Shown: positions 10,701 to 22,960 of the stretch, one piece after another
How positions within the stretch are numbered: the stretch's first letter is position 1
How the letters are laid out: every line of letters begins with the position of its first letter
Source: Eledone cirrhosa
Taxonomy: Eukaryota
Assembly: GCA_964016885.1 (NCBI GenBank)
Contig: OZ024742.1
Span: 167,524,001 to 167,588,000, forward strand
Direction: 5' to 3'
DNA: 64,000 nucleotides
Made by a program: the position numbers and the translations under genes
Notes under the pieces: generated by a model
Databases searched by the model: none
What the model was told of the DNA's origin: nothing
Seen by the model: only the letters and a program-made list of their open reading frames with translations

Positions 10701-13700
10701 AGATAATTTCCAGCCAGCCAAGGGGAGATAATTTGTAAAAAAAATCAGGGGGAGATAATTTGTAAAAAAAAATCAGGGGGAGATAATTTGTAAAAAAAAT
10801 CAGGGGGAGATAATTTGTAAAAAAAATCAAGGGGAGATAATTTCCAGCCGTCCAAGGGGAGATAATTTTCAGCCGTCCAAGGGGAGATAATTTCCCGCCA
10901 GCCAAGGGAAGATAATATTTAAAAAATGAGGCGGAGATAATTTGTAAAAAAAATCAGGGGGAGATAATTTGTAAAAAAATCAGGGGGAGATAATTTGTAA
11001 AAAAAAAATCAGGGGGAGATGATTTGTAAAAAAAATCAGGGGGAGATAATTTGTAAAAAAAAATCAGGGGTAGATAATTTGTAAAAAAAAATCAGGGGGA
11101 GATAATTTGTAAAAAAAATCAAGGGGAGATAATTTCCAGCCGTCCAAGGGAAGATAATTTCAAGCCCTCCAAGGGGCTATAATTTCCAGTGTCCAAGGGG
11201 AGATAATTTCCAGCCAGCGAAGGGGAGATAATTGTTTTAAAAAAATCATTGGGAGATTTGTAAAAAAAATCAGGGGGAGATAATTAATAAAAAAAATCAA
11301 GGGGAGATAATTCCCAGCCGTCCAAGGGGAGGTAATATCTAGCCGTCCAAGGGGAGATAATTTCCAGCCGTCCAAGGGGAGATAATTTCCAGCCGTCCAA
11401 GGGTAGATAATATCCAGCCGTCCAAGGAGACATATTTTCCAGCCGTCCAAGGAGAGGTAATTTCTAGCCGTCCAAGGGGAGATAAATTCCAGCCTCCAAG
11501 GGGAGATAATTTCCAGCCAGCCAAGGGGAGATAATTTGTAAAAAAATCAGGGGGAGATAATTTGTAAAATAAATCAGGGGTAGATAATTTGTAAAAAAAA
11601 ATCAGGGGGAGATAATTTGTAAAAAAAAATCAGGGGGAGATAATTTGTAAAAAAAATCAAGGGGAGATAATTTCCAGCCGTCCAAGGAGAGATAATTTAA
11701 AAAAAAAATCAGGCGGAGATAATTTGTAAAAAAAAATCAGGGGGAGATAATTTGTAAAAAAAAATCAGGGGGAGATAATTTGTAAAAAAAATCAAGGGGA
11801 GATAATTTCCAGCCGTCCAAGGGGAGATAATTTCCAGCCGTCCAAGGGGAAATAATTTTTTTAAAAAAATCAGGCGGAGATAATTTGTAAAAAAAATCAG
11901 GGGGAGATAATTTGTAAAAAAAAATCAGGGTGAGATAATTTGTAAAAAAAAATCCGGGGGAGATAATTTCCAGCCGTCCAAGGTAAGATAATTTCCAGCC
12001 CTCCAAGGGGCTATAATTTCCAGCATCCAAGGGGAGATAATTTCCAGCCGTCCAAGGGTAGATAATATCCAGCCGTCCAAGTAGACATATTTTCCAGCCG
12101 TCCAAGGAGAGGTAATTTCTAGCCGTCCAAGGGGAGATAAATTCCAGCCTCCAAGGGGAGATAATTTCCAGCCAGCCAAGGGGAGATAATTTGTAAAAAA
12201 ATCAGGGGGAGATAATTTGTAAAAAAAATCAGGGGGAGATAATTTGTAAAAAAAAATCAGGGGGAGATAATTTGTAAAAAAAAATCAGGGGGAGATAATT
12301 TGTAAAAAAAAATCAGGGGGAGATAATTTCCAGCCGTCCAAGGGGAGATAATTTTCAGCCGTCCAAGGGTAGATAATATCCAGCCGTCCAAGTAGACATT
12401 TTCCAGCCGTCCAAGGAGAGGTAATTTCTAGCCGTCCAAGGGGAGATAAATTCCAGCCTCCAAGGGAAGATAATTTCCAGCCAGCCAAGGGGAGATAATT
12501 TGTAAAAAAATCAGGGGGAGATAATTTGTAAAAAAAATCAGGGGGAGATAATTTGTAAAAAAAAATCAGGGGGAGATAATTTGTAAAAAAAATCAGGGGG
12601 AGATAATTTGTAAAAAAAATCAAGGGGAGATAATTTCCAGCCGTCCAAGGGGAGATAATTTTCAGCCGTCCAAGGGGAGATAATTTCCAGCCGTCCAAGG
12701 GGAGATAATTTCCATCCTTCCAAGGGGAGATAATTTCCAGCCGTCCAAGGGGAGATAATTTTCAGCCGTCCAAGGGGAGATAATTTCCAGCCGTCCAAGG
12801 GGAGATAATTTCCAGCCGTCCAAGGGGAAATAATTTTTTTAAAAAAATCAGGCGGAGATAATTTGTAAAAAAAATCAGGGGGAGATAATTTGTAAAAAAA
12901 AATCAGGGGGAGATAATTTGTAAAAAAAAATCAGGGGGAGATAATTTCCAGCCGTCCAAGGTAAGATAATTTCCAGCCCTCCAAGGGGCTATAATTTCCA
13001 GGATCCAAGGGGAGATAATTTCCAGCCGTCCAAGGGTAGATAATATCCAGCCGTCCAAGTAGACATATTTTCCAGCCGTCCAAGGAGAGGTAATTTCTAA
13101 CCGTCCAAGGGGAGATAAATTCCAGCCTCCAAGGGGAGATAATTTCCAGCCAGCCAAGGGGAGATAATTTGTAAAAAAATCAGGGGGAGATAATTTGTAA
13201 AAAAAATCAGGGGGAGATAATTTGTAAAAAAAAATCAGGGGGAGATAATTTGTAAAAAAAAATTAGGGGGAGATAATTTGTAAAAAAAAATCAGGGGGAG
13301 ATAATTTCCAGCCGTCCAAGGGGAGATAATTTTCAGCCGTCCAAGGGTAGATAATATCCAGCCGTCCAAGTAGACATTTTCCAGCCGTCCAAGGAGAGGT
13401 AATTTCTAGCCGTCCAAGGGGAGATAAATTCCAGCCTCCAAGGGGAGATAATTTCCAGCCAGCCAAGGGGAGATAATTTGTAAAAAAATCAGGGGGAGAT
13501 AATTTGTAAAAAAAAATCAGGGGGAGATAATTTGTAAAAAAAAATCAGGGGGAGATAATTTGTAAAAAAAAATCAGGGGGAGATAATTTGTAAAAAAAAT
13601 CAAGGGGAGATAATTTCCAGCCGTCCAAGGGGAGATAATTTTCAGCCGTCCAAGGGGAGATAATTTCCAGCCGTCCAAGGGGAGATAATTTCCATCCTTC

Positions 13701-14900
13701 CAAGGGGAGATAATTTCCAGCCGTCCAAGGGGAGATAATTTTTAGTCGTCCAAGGGGAGATAATTTCCCGCCAGCCAAGGGAAGATAATATTTTTAAAAA
13801 TCAGGCGGAGATAATTTGTAAAAAAAATCAGGGGGAGATAATTTGTAAAAAAATCAGGGGGAGATAATTTGTAAAAAAAAAATCAGGGGGAGATAATTTG
13901 TAAAAAAAATCAGGGGGAGATAATTTGTAAAAAAAAAATCAGGGGTAGATAATTTGTAAAAAAAAATCAGGGGGAGATAATTTGTAAAAAAAAAATCAGG
14001 GGGAGATAATTTGTAAAAAAATCAGGGGGAGATAATTTGTAAAAAAAAATCAGGGGGAGATAATTTCCAGCCGTCCAAGGGGAGATAATTTTCAGCCGTC
14101 CAAGGGGAGATAATTTCCCGCCAGCCAAGGGAAGATAATATTTAAAAAAATCAGGCGGAGATAATTTGTAAAAAAAATCAGGGGGAGATAATTTGTAAAA
14201 AAATCAGGGGGAGATAATTTGTAAAAAAAATCAAGGGGAGATAATTTCCAGCCGTCCAAGGGGAGGTAATATCTAGCCGTCCAAGGGGAGATAATTTCCA
14301 GCCGTCCAACAGGAGATAATTTCCAGCCGTCCAAGGGTAGATAATATCCAGCCGTCCAAGGAGACATATTTTCCAGCCGTCCAAGGAGAGGTAATTTCTA
14401 GCCGTCCAAGGGGAGATAAATTCCAGCCTCCAAGGGGAGATAATTTCCAGCCAGCCAAGGGGAGATAATTTGTAAAAAAAATCAGGGGGAGATAATTTGT
14501 AAAAAAAAATCAGGGGGAGATAATTTGTAAAAAAAATCAGGGGGAGATAATTTGTAAAAAAAATCAAGGGGAGATAATTTCCAGCCGTCCAAGGGGAGAT
14601 AATTTTCAGCCGTCCAAGGGGAGATAATTTCCCGCCAGCCAAGGGAAGATAATATTTAAAAAATGAGGCGGAGATAATTTGTAAAAAAAATCAGGGGGAG
14701 ATAATTTGTAAAAAAATCAGGGGGAGATAATTTGTAAAAAAAAAATCAGGGGGAGATGATTTGTAAAAAAAATCAGGGGGAGATAATTTGTAAAAAAAAA
14801 TCAGGGGTAGATAATTTGTAAAAAAAAATCAGGGGGAGATAATTTGTAAAAAAAATCAAGGGGAGATAATTTCCAGCCGTCCAAGGGAAGATAATTTCAA
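7740..14900 (+). repeat. Tandem duplication, offset 3426 then 3737
   Basis: ORF pairs 7913/11339, 8499/11925, 9477/12903 (3426) and 10355/14092 (3737). Shared rare variants TTCCCAGCC, GTAAAATAAATC, AGGGTGAG, CTAACCG. Confidence 0.9.
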
Positions 14901-17900
14901 GCCCTCCAAGGGGCTATAATTTCCAGTGTCCAAGGGGAGATAATTTCCAGCCAGCGAAGGGGAGATAATTTTTTTTTAAAAATCAGGGGGAGATTTGTAA
15001 AAAAAATCAGGGGGAGATAATTTGTAAAAAAAATCAAGGGGAGATAATTTCCAGCCGTCGAAGGGAAGATAATTTCCAGCCCTCCAAGGGGCTATAATTT
15101 CCAGCGTCCAAGGGGAGATAATTTCCAGCCAGCGAAGGGGAGATAATTTTTTTAAAAAAATCATTGGGAGATTTGTAAAAAAAATCAGGGAGATAATTTG
15201 TAAAAAAAATCAAGGGGAGATAATTTCCAGCCGTCCAAGGGGAGGTAATATCTAGCCGTCCAAGGGGAGATAATTTCCAGCCGTCCAAGGGGAGATAATT
15301 TCCAGCCGTCCAAGGGTAGATAATATCCAGCCGTCCAAGTAGACATTTTCCAGCCGTCCAAGGAGAGGTAATTTCTAGCCGTCCAAGGGGAGATAAATTC
15401 CAGCTTCCAAGGGGAGATAATTTCCAGCCAGCCAAGGGGAGATAATTTGTAAAAAAATCAGGGGGAGATAATTTGTAAAAAAATCAGGGCGAGATAATTT
15501 GTAAAAAAAAATCAGGGGGAGATAATTTGTAAAAAAAAATCAGGGGGAGATAATTTGTAAAAAAAAATCAGGGGGAGATAATTTGTAAAAAAAATCAAGG
15601 GGAGATAATTTCCAGCCGTCCAAGGGGAGATAATTTTCAGCCGTCCAAGGGGAGATAATTTCCAGCCGTCCAAGGGGAGATAATTTCCATCCTTCCAAGG
15701 GGAGATAATTTCCAGCCGTCCAAGGGGAGATAATTTCCCGCCAGCCAAGGGAAGATAATTTTTAAAAAAATCAGGCGGAGATTGTAAAAAAAATCAGGGG
15801 GAGATAATTTGTAAAAAAATCAGGGGGAGATAATTTGTAAAAAAAAAATCAGGGGGAGACAATTTGTAAAAAAAATCAGGGGGAAATAATTTGTAAAAAA
15901 AAATCAAGGGGAGATAATTTGTACAAAAAATCAGGGGTATATAATTTGTAAAAAAAATCAGGGGGAGATAATTTGTAAAAAAAAATCAGGGGGAGATAAT
16001 TTGTAAAAAAAATCAAGGGGAGATAATTTGCAGCCGTCCAAGGGGAGATAATTTTCAGCCGTCCAAGGAGAGGTAATTTCTAGCCGTCCAAGGTGAGATA
16101 ATATCCAGCCGTCCAAGGGGAGATAATTTTTAAAAAAAAACAGGCGAAGATAATTTGTAAAAAAAAAATCAGGGGGAGATAATTTGTAAAAAAAAATCAG
16201 GGGGAGATAATTTGTAAAAAAAAATCAGGGGGAGGTAATTTGTAAAAAAAATCAAGGGGAGATAATTTCCAGCCGTCCAAGGGAAGCTAATTTCCAGCCC
16301 TCCAAGGGGCTATAATTTCCAGCGTCCAAGGGGAGATAATTTCCAGCCAGCGAAGGGGAGATAATTTTTTTTTTTTTAAATCAGGGGAACATAATTTGTA
16401 AAAAAAATCAGGGGGAGATAATTTGTAAAAAAAATCAAGGGGAGATAATTTGTAAAAAAAAATCAGGGGGAGATAATTTGTAAAAAAAAATCAGGGGGAG
16501 ATAATTTGTAAAAAAAATCAAGGGGAGATAATTTGTAAAAAAAAATCAAGGGGAGATAATTTCCAGCCGTCCAAGGGGAGATAATTTTCAGCCGTCCAAG
16601 GGGAGATAATTTCCCGCCAGCCAAGGAAAGATAATATTTAAAAAAATCAGGCGGAGATAATTTGTAAAAAAAATCAGGGGGAGATAATTTGTAAAAAAAT
16701 CAGGGGGAGATAATTTGTAAAAAAAAAATCAGGGGTAGATAATTTGTAAAAAAAAATCAGGGGGAGATAATTTGTAAAAAAAAATCAGGGGGAGATAATT
16801 TGTAAAAAAAATCAATTGGAGATAATTTCCAGCCGTCCAAGGGGAGATAATTTTCAGCCGTCCAAGGAGAGGTAATTTCTAGACGTCCAAGGGGAGATAA
16901 TTTCCAGCCGTCCAAGGGGAGATAATTTCCAGCCGTCCAAGGGTAGATAATATCCAGCCGTCGAAGGAGACATATTTTCCAGCTTTCCAAGGAGAGGTAA
17001 TTTCTATCCGTCCAAGGGGAGATAAATTCCAGCCTCCAAGGGGAAATAATTTCCCGCCAGCCAAGGGGAGATAATTTGTAAAAAAATCAGGGGGAGATAA
17101 TTTGTAAAAAAAATCAGGGGGAGATAATTTGTAAAAAAAATCAGGGGGAGATAATTTGTAAAAAAAATCAAGGGGAGATAATTTCCAGCCGTCCAAGGGG
17201 AGATAATTTTCAGCCGTCCAAGGGGAGATAATTTCCCGCCAGCCAAGGGAAGATAATATTTAAAAAATGAGGCGGAGATAATTTGTAAAAAAAATCAGGG
17301 GGAGATAATTTGTAAAAAAATCAGGGGGAGATAATTTGTAAAAAAAAAATCAGGGGGAGATAATTTGTAAAAAAAATCAGGGGGAGATAATTTGTAAAAA
17401 AAAATCAGGGGTAGATAATTTGTAAAAAAAAATCAGGGGGATAATTTGTAAAAAAAATCAGGGGGAGATAATTTGTAAAAAAAATCAAGGGGAGATAATT
17501 TCCAGCCGTCCAAGGGAAGATAATTTCAAGCCCTCCAAGGGGCTATAATTTCCAGTGTCCAAGGGGAGATAATTTCCAGCCAGCGAAGGGGAGATAATTT
17601 TTTTTTAAAAATCAGGGGGAGATTTGTAAAAAAAATCAGGGGGAGATAATTTGTAAAAAAAATCAAACGGAGATAATTTCCAGCCGTCCAAAGAGAGATA
17701 ATTTCTAGCCGTCCAAGGGGAGATAATTTCGAGCCAAGGGGAGATAATTTCCAGCCGTCCAAGGGGAGATAATTTTTTAAAAAATCAGGTGGAGATAATT
17801 TGTAAAAAAAATCAGAGGGAGATAATTTGTAAAAACAAAATCAAGGGCAGATAATTTCCAGCTGTCCAAGGGGAGATAATTTCCAGCCGTGCAAGGGGAG

Positions 17901-20220
17901 ATAATTTCCAGCCGTCCAAGGGGAGATAATTTCCATCCTTCCAAGGGGAGATAATTTCCAGCCGTCCAAGGGGAGATAATTTCCCGCCAGCCAAGGGAAG
18001 ATAATTTTTTAAAAAATCAGGCGGAGATTGTAAAAAAAATCAGGGGGAGATAATTTGTAAAAAAATCAGGGGGAGATAATTTGTAAAAAAATCAAGGGGA
18101 GATAATTTCCAGCTGTCCAAGGGGAGGTAATATCTAGCCGTCCAAGGGGAGATAATTTCCAGCCGTCCAAGGGGAGATAATTTCCAGCCGTCCAAGGGTA
18201 GATAATATCCAGCCGTCCAAGGAGACATATTTTCCAGCCCTCCAAGGAGAGGTAATTTCTAGCCGTCCAAGTGGAGATAAATTCCAGCCTCCAAGGGGAG
18301 ATAATTTCCAGCCAGCCAAGGGGAGATAATTTGTAAAAAAATCAGGGGGAGATAATTTGTAAAAAAAATCAGGGGGAGATAATTTGTAAAAAAAAATCAG
18401 GGGGAGATAATTTGTAAAAAAAATCAGGGGGAGATAATTTGTAAAAAAAAATCAAGGGGAGATAATTTCCAGCCGTCCAAGGGGAGATAATTTTCAGCCG
18501 TCCAAGGGGAGATAATTTCCCGCCAGCCAAGGGAAGATAATATTTAAAAAATGAGGCGGAGATAATTTGTAAAAAAAATCAGGGGGAGATAATTTGTAAA
18601 AAAATCAGGGGGAGATAATTTGTAAAAAAAAAATCAGGGGGAGATAATTTGTAAAAAAAATCAGGGGGAGATAATTTGTAAAAAAAAATCAGGGGTAGAT
18701 AATTTGTAAAAAAAAATCAGGGGGAGATAATTTGTAAAAAAAATCAAGGGGAGATAATTTCCAGCCGTCCAAGGGAAGATAATTTCAAGCCCTCCAAGGG
18801 GCTATAATTTCCAGTGTCCAAGGGGAGATAATTTCCAGCCAGCGAAGGGGAGATAATTTTTTTTTAAAAATCAGGGGGAGATTTGTAAAAAAAATCAGGG
18901 GGAGATAATTTGTAAAAAAAATCAAGGGGAGATAATTTCCAGCCGTCGAAGGGAAGATAATTTCCAGCCCTCCAAGGGGCTATAATTTCCAGCGTCCAAG
19001 GGGAGATAATTTCCAGCCAGCGAAGGGGAGATGATTTTTTTAAAAAAATCATTGGGAGATTTGTAAAAAAAATCAGGGAGAGATAATTTGTAAAAAAAAT
19101 CAAGGGGAGATAATTTCCAGCCGTCCAAGGGGAGGTAATATCTAGCCGTCCAAGGGGAGATAATTTCCAGCCGTCCAAGGGGAGATAATTTCCAGCCGTC
19201 CAAGGGTAGATAATATCCAGCCGTCCAAGTAGACATTTTCCAGCCGTCCAAGGAGAGGTAATTTCTAGCCGTCCAAGGGGAGATAAATTCGAGCCTCCAA
19301 GGGGAGATAATTTCCAGCCAGCCAAGGGGAGATAATTTGTAAAAAAATCAGGGGGAGATAATTTGTAAAAAAATCAGGGGGAGATAATTTGTAAAAAAAA
19401 ATCAGGGGGAGATAATTTGTAAAAAAAAATCAGGGGGAGATAATTTGTAAAAAAAAATCAGGGGGAGATAATTTGTAAAAAAAATCAAGGGGAGATAATT
19501 TCCAGCCGTCCAAGGGGAGATAATTTTCAGCCGTCCAAGGGGAGATAATTTCCAGCCGTCCAAGGGGAGATAATTTCCATCCTTCCAAGGGGAGATAATT
19601 TCCAGCCGTCCAAGGGGAGATAATTTCCCGCCAGCCAAGGGAAGATAATTTTTAAAAAAATCAGGCGGAGATTGTAAAAAAAAAATCAGTGGGAGATAAT
19701 TTGTAAAAAAATCAGGGGGAGATAATTTGTAAAAAAAAAATCAGGGGGAGACAATTTGTAAAAAAAATCAGGGGGAAATAATTTGTAAAAAAAAATCAAG
19801 GGGAGATAATTTGTACAAAAAATCAGGGGTATATAATTTGTAAAAAAAATCAGGGGGAGATAATTTGTAAAAAAAAATCAGGGGGAGATAAATTGTAAAA
19901 AAAATCAAGGGGAGATAATTTGCAGCCGTCCAAGGGGAGATAATTTTCAGCCGTCCAAGGAGAGGTAATTTCTAGCCGTCCAAGGTGAGATAATATCCAG
20001 CCGTCCAAGGGGAGATAATTTTTTTAAAAAAACAGGCGAAGATAATTTGTAAAAAAAAAATCAGGGGGAGATAATTTGTAAAAAAAAATCAGGGGGAGAT
20101 AATTTGTAAAAAAAAATCAGGGGGAGGTAATTTGTAAAAAAAATCAAGGGGAGATAATTTCCAGCCGTCCAAGGGAAGATAATTTCCAGCCCTCCAAGGG
20201 GCTATAATTTCCAGCGTCCA
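14530..20220 (+). repeat. Duplication, offset ~3890 (~14.5-16.3 kb vs ~18.4-20.2 kb); further copy ~10112 downstream of the second (~28.6-30.3 kb)
   Basis: ORF pairs 15512/19402/29514 and 18864/28976. Shared ATGAGGCGG, GAGACAATT, GGGGTATATAA and AAACAGGCGAAG markers. Confidence 0.85.
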
Positions 20221-20289
20221 AGGGGAGATAATTTCCCGCCAGCCAAGGAAAGATAATATTTAAAAAAATCAGGCGGAGATAATTTGTAA

Positions 20290-22960
20290 AAAAAATCAGG
20301 GGGAGATAATTTGTAAAAAAATCAGGGGGAGATAATTTGTAAAAAAAAAATCAGGGGTAGATAATTTGTAAAAAAAAATCAGGGGGAGATAATTTGTAGC
20401 CGTCCAAGGGGAGATAATTTTCAGCCGTCCAAGGAGAGGTAATTTCTAGACGTCCAAGGGGAGATAATTTCCAGCCGTCCAAGGGGAGATAATTTCCAGC
20501 CGTCCAAGCGTAGATAATATCCAGCCGTCCAAGGAGACATATTTTCCAGCTTTCCAAGGAGAGGTAATTTCTATCCGTCCAAGGGGAGATAAATTCCAGC
20601 CTCCAAGGGGAGATAATTTCCAGCCAGCCAAGGGAAGGAAATATTTAAAAAAATCAGGCGGAGATAATTTGTAAAAAAAATCAGGGGGAGATAATTTGTA
20701 AAAAAATCAGGGGGAGATAATTTGTAAAAAAAAAATCAGGGGGAGATAATTTGTAAAAAAAAATCAGGGGTAGATGATTTGTAAAAAAAAATCAGGGGGA
20801 GATAATTTGTAAAAAAAAATCAGGGGGAGATAATTTGTAAAAAAAATCAAGGGGAGATAATTTCCAGCCGTCCAAGGAGAGATAATTTTTAAAAAAAATC
20901 AGGCGGAGATAATTTGTAAAAAAAATCAAGGGGAGATAATTTGTAAAAAAAAATCAGGGGGAGATAATTTGTAAAAAAAATCAAGGGGAGATAATTTCCA
21001 GCCGTCCAAGGGAAGATAATTTCCAGCACTCCAAGGGGCTATAATTTCCAGTGTCCAAGGGGAGATAATTTCCAGCCAGCGAAGGGGAGATAATTTTTTT
21101 AAAAAAATCAGGGGGAGATATGTAAAAAAAATCAGAGGGAGATAATTTCCAGCCGTCCAAAGAGAGATAATTTCTAGCCGTCCAAGGGGAGAAAATTTCC
21201 AGCCAAGGGGAGATAATTTCCAGCCGTCCAAGGGGAGATAATTTTTTAAAAAATCAGGGGGAGATAATTTGTAAAAACAAAATCAAGGGCAGATAATTTC
21301 CAGCTGTCCAAGGGGAGATAGTTTCCAGCCGTGCAAGGGGAGATAATTTCCAGCCGTCCAAGGGGAGATAATTTCCATACTTCCAAGGGGAGATAATTTC
21401 CAGCCGTCCAAGGGGAGATAATTTCCCGCCAGCCAAGGGAAGATAATTTGTAAAAAAATCAGGGGGAGATAATTTGTAAAAAAAAAATCAGGGGGAGATA
21501 ATTTGTAAAAAAAAAATCAGGGGTAGATAATTTGTAAAAAAAATCAGGGGGAGATAATTTGTAAAAAAATCAGGGGGAGATAATTTGTAAAAAAAAAATC
21601 AGGGGTAGATAATTTGTAAAAAAAAATCAGGGGGAGATAATTTGTAGCCGTCCAAGGGGAGATAATTTTCAGCCGTCCAAGGAGAGGTAATTTCTAGACG
21701 TCCAAGGGGAGATAATTTCCAGCCGTCCAAGGGGAGATAATTTCCAGCCTTCCAAGGGTAGATAATATCCAGCCGTCCAAGGAGACATATTTTCCAGCTT
21801 TCCAAGGAGAGGTAATTTCTATCCGTCCAAGGGGAGATAAATTCCAGCCTCCAAGGGGAGATAATTTCCAGCCAGCCAAGGGAAGGAAATATTTAAAAAA
21901 ATCAGGCGGAGATAATTTGTAAAAAAAATCAGGGGGAGATAATTTGTAAAAAAATCAGGGGGAGATAATTTGTAAAAAAAAAATCAGGGGGAGATAATTT
22001 GTAAAAAAAAATCAGGGGTAGATGATTTGTAAAAAAAAATCAGGGGGAGATAATTTGTAAAAAAAAATCAGGGGGAGATAATTTGTAAAAAAAATCAAGG
22101 GGAGATAATTTCCAGCCGTCCAAGGAGAGATAATTTTTAAAAAAAATCAGGCGGAGATAATTTGTAAAAAAAATCAAGGGGAGATAATTTGTAAAAAAAA
22201 ATCAGGGGGAGATAATTTGTAAAAAAAATCAAGGGGAGATAATTTCCAGCCGTCCAAGGGAAGATAATTTCCAGCACTCCAAGGGGCTATAATTTCCAGT
22301 GTCCAAGGGGAGATAATTTCCAGCCAGCGAAGGGGAGATAATTTTTTTAAAAAAATCAGGGGGAGATATGTAAAAAAAATCAGAGGGAGATAATTTCCAG
22401 CCGTCCAAAGAGAGATAATTTCTAGCCGTCCAAGGGGAGAAAATTTCCAGCCAAGGGGAGATAATTTCCAGCCGTCCAAGGGGAGATAATTTTTTAAAAA
22501 ATCAGGGGGAGATAATTTGTAAAAACAAAATCAAGGGCAGATAATTTCCAGCTGTCCAAGGGGAGATAGTTTCCAGCCGTGCAAGGGGAGATAATTTCCA
22601 GCCGTCCAAGGGGAGATAATTTCCATACTTCCAAGGGGAGATAATTTCCAGCCGTCCAAGGGGAGATAATTTCCCGCCAGCCAAGGGAAGATAATTTGTA
22701 AAAAAATCAGGGGGAGATAATTTGTAAAAAAAAAATCAGGGGGAGATAATTTGTAAAAAAAAAATCAGGGGTAGATAATTTGTTAAAAAATCAGGGGGAG
22801 ATAATTTGTAAAAAAATCAGGGGGAGATAATTTGTAAAAAAAAAATCAGGGGTAGATAATTTGTAAAAAAAAATCAGGGGGAGATAATTTGTAGCCGTCC
22901 AAGGGGAGATAATTTTCAGCCGTCCAAGGAGAGGTAATTTCTAGACGTCCAAGGGGAGAT
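20290..22960 (+). repeat. 1248-bp tandem higher-order repeat, ~2.1 copies (repeated at ~50380-53050)
   Basis: ORF pairs 20351/21599, 20926/22174, 21254/22502, all offset 1248; likewise 50439/51687 and 51342/52590. Confidence 0.92.

Larger units (their letters stand above)
1..10800 (+). repeat. Higher-order duplication, offset ~6.2 kb (1-~4900 vs ~6200-10800)
   Basis: ORF-track paralogs at constant offset 6227 (620/6847, 1411/7638, 2632/8859, 3250/9477). Shared private variants GCAACCG..GGACATAA..CCGTACAAG at ~1218-1280 and ~7445-7507. The second copy lacks ~311 bp at ~10000. Confidence 0.9.
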
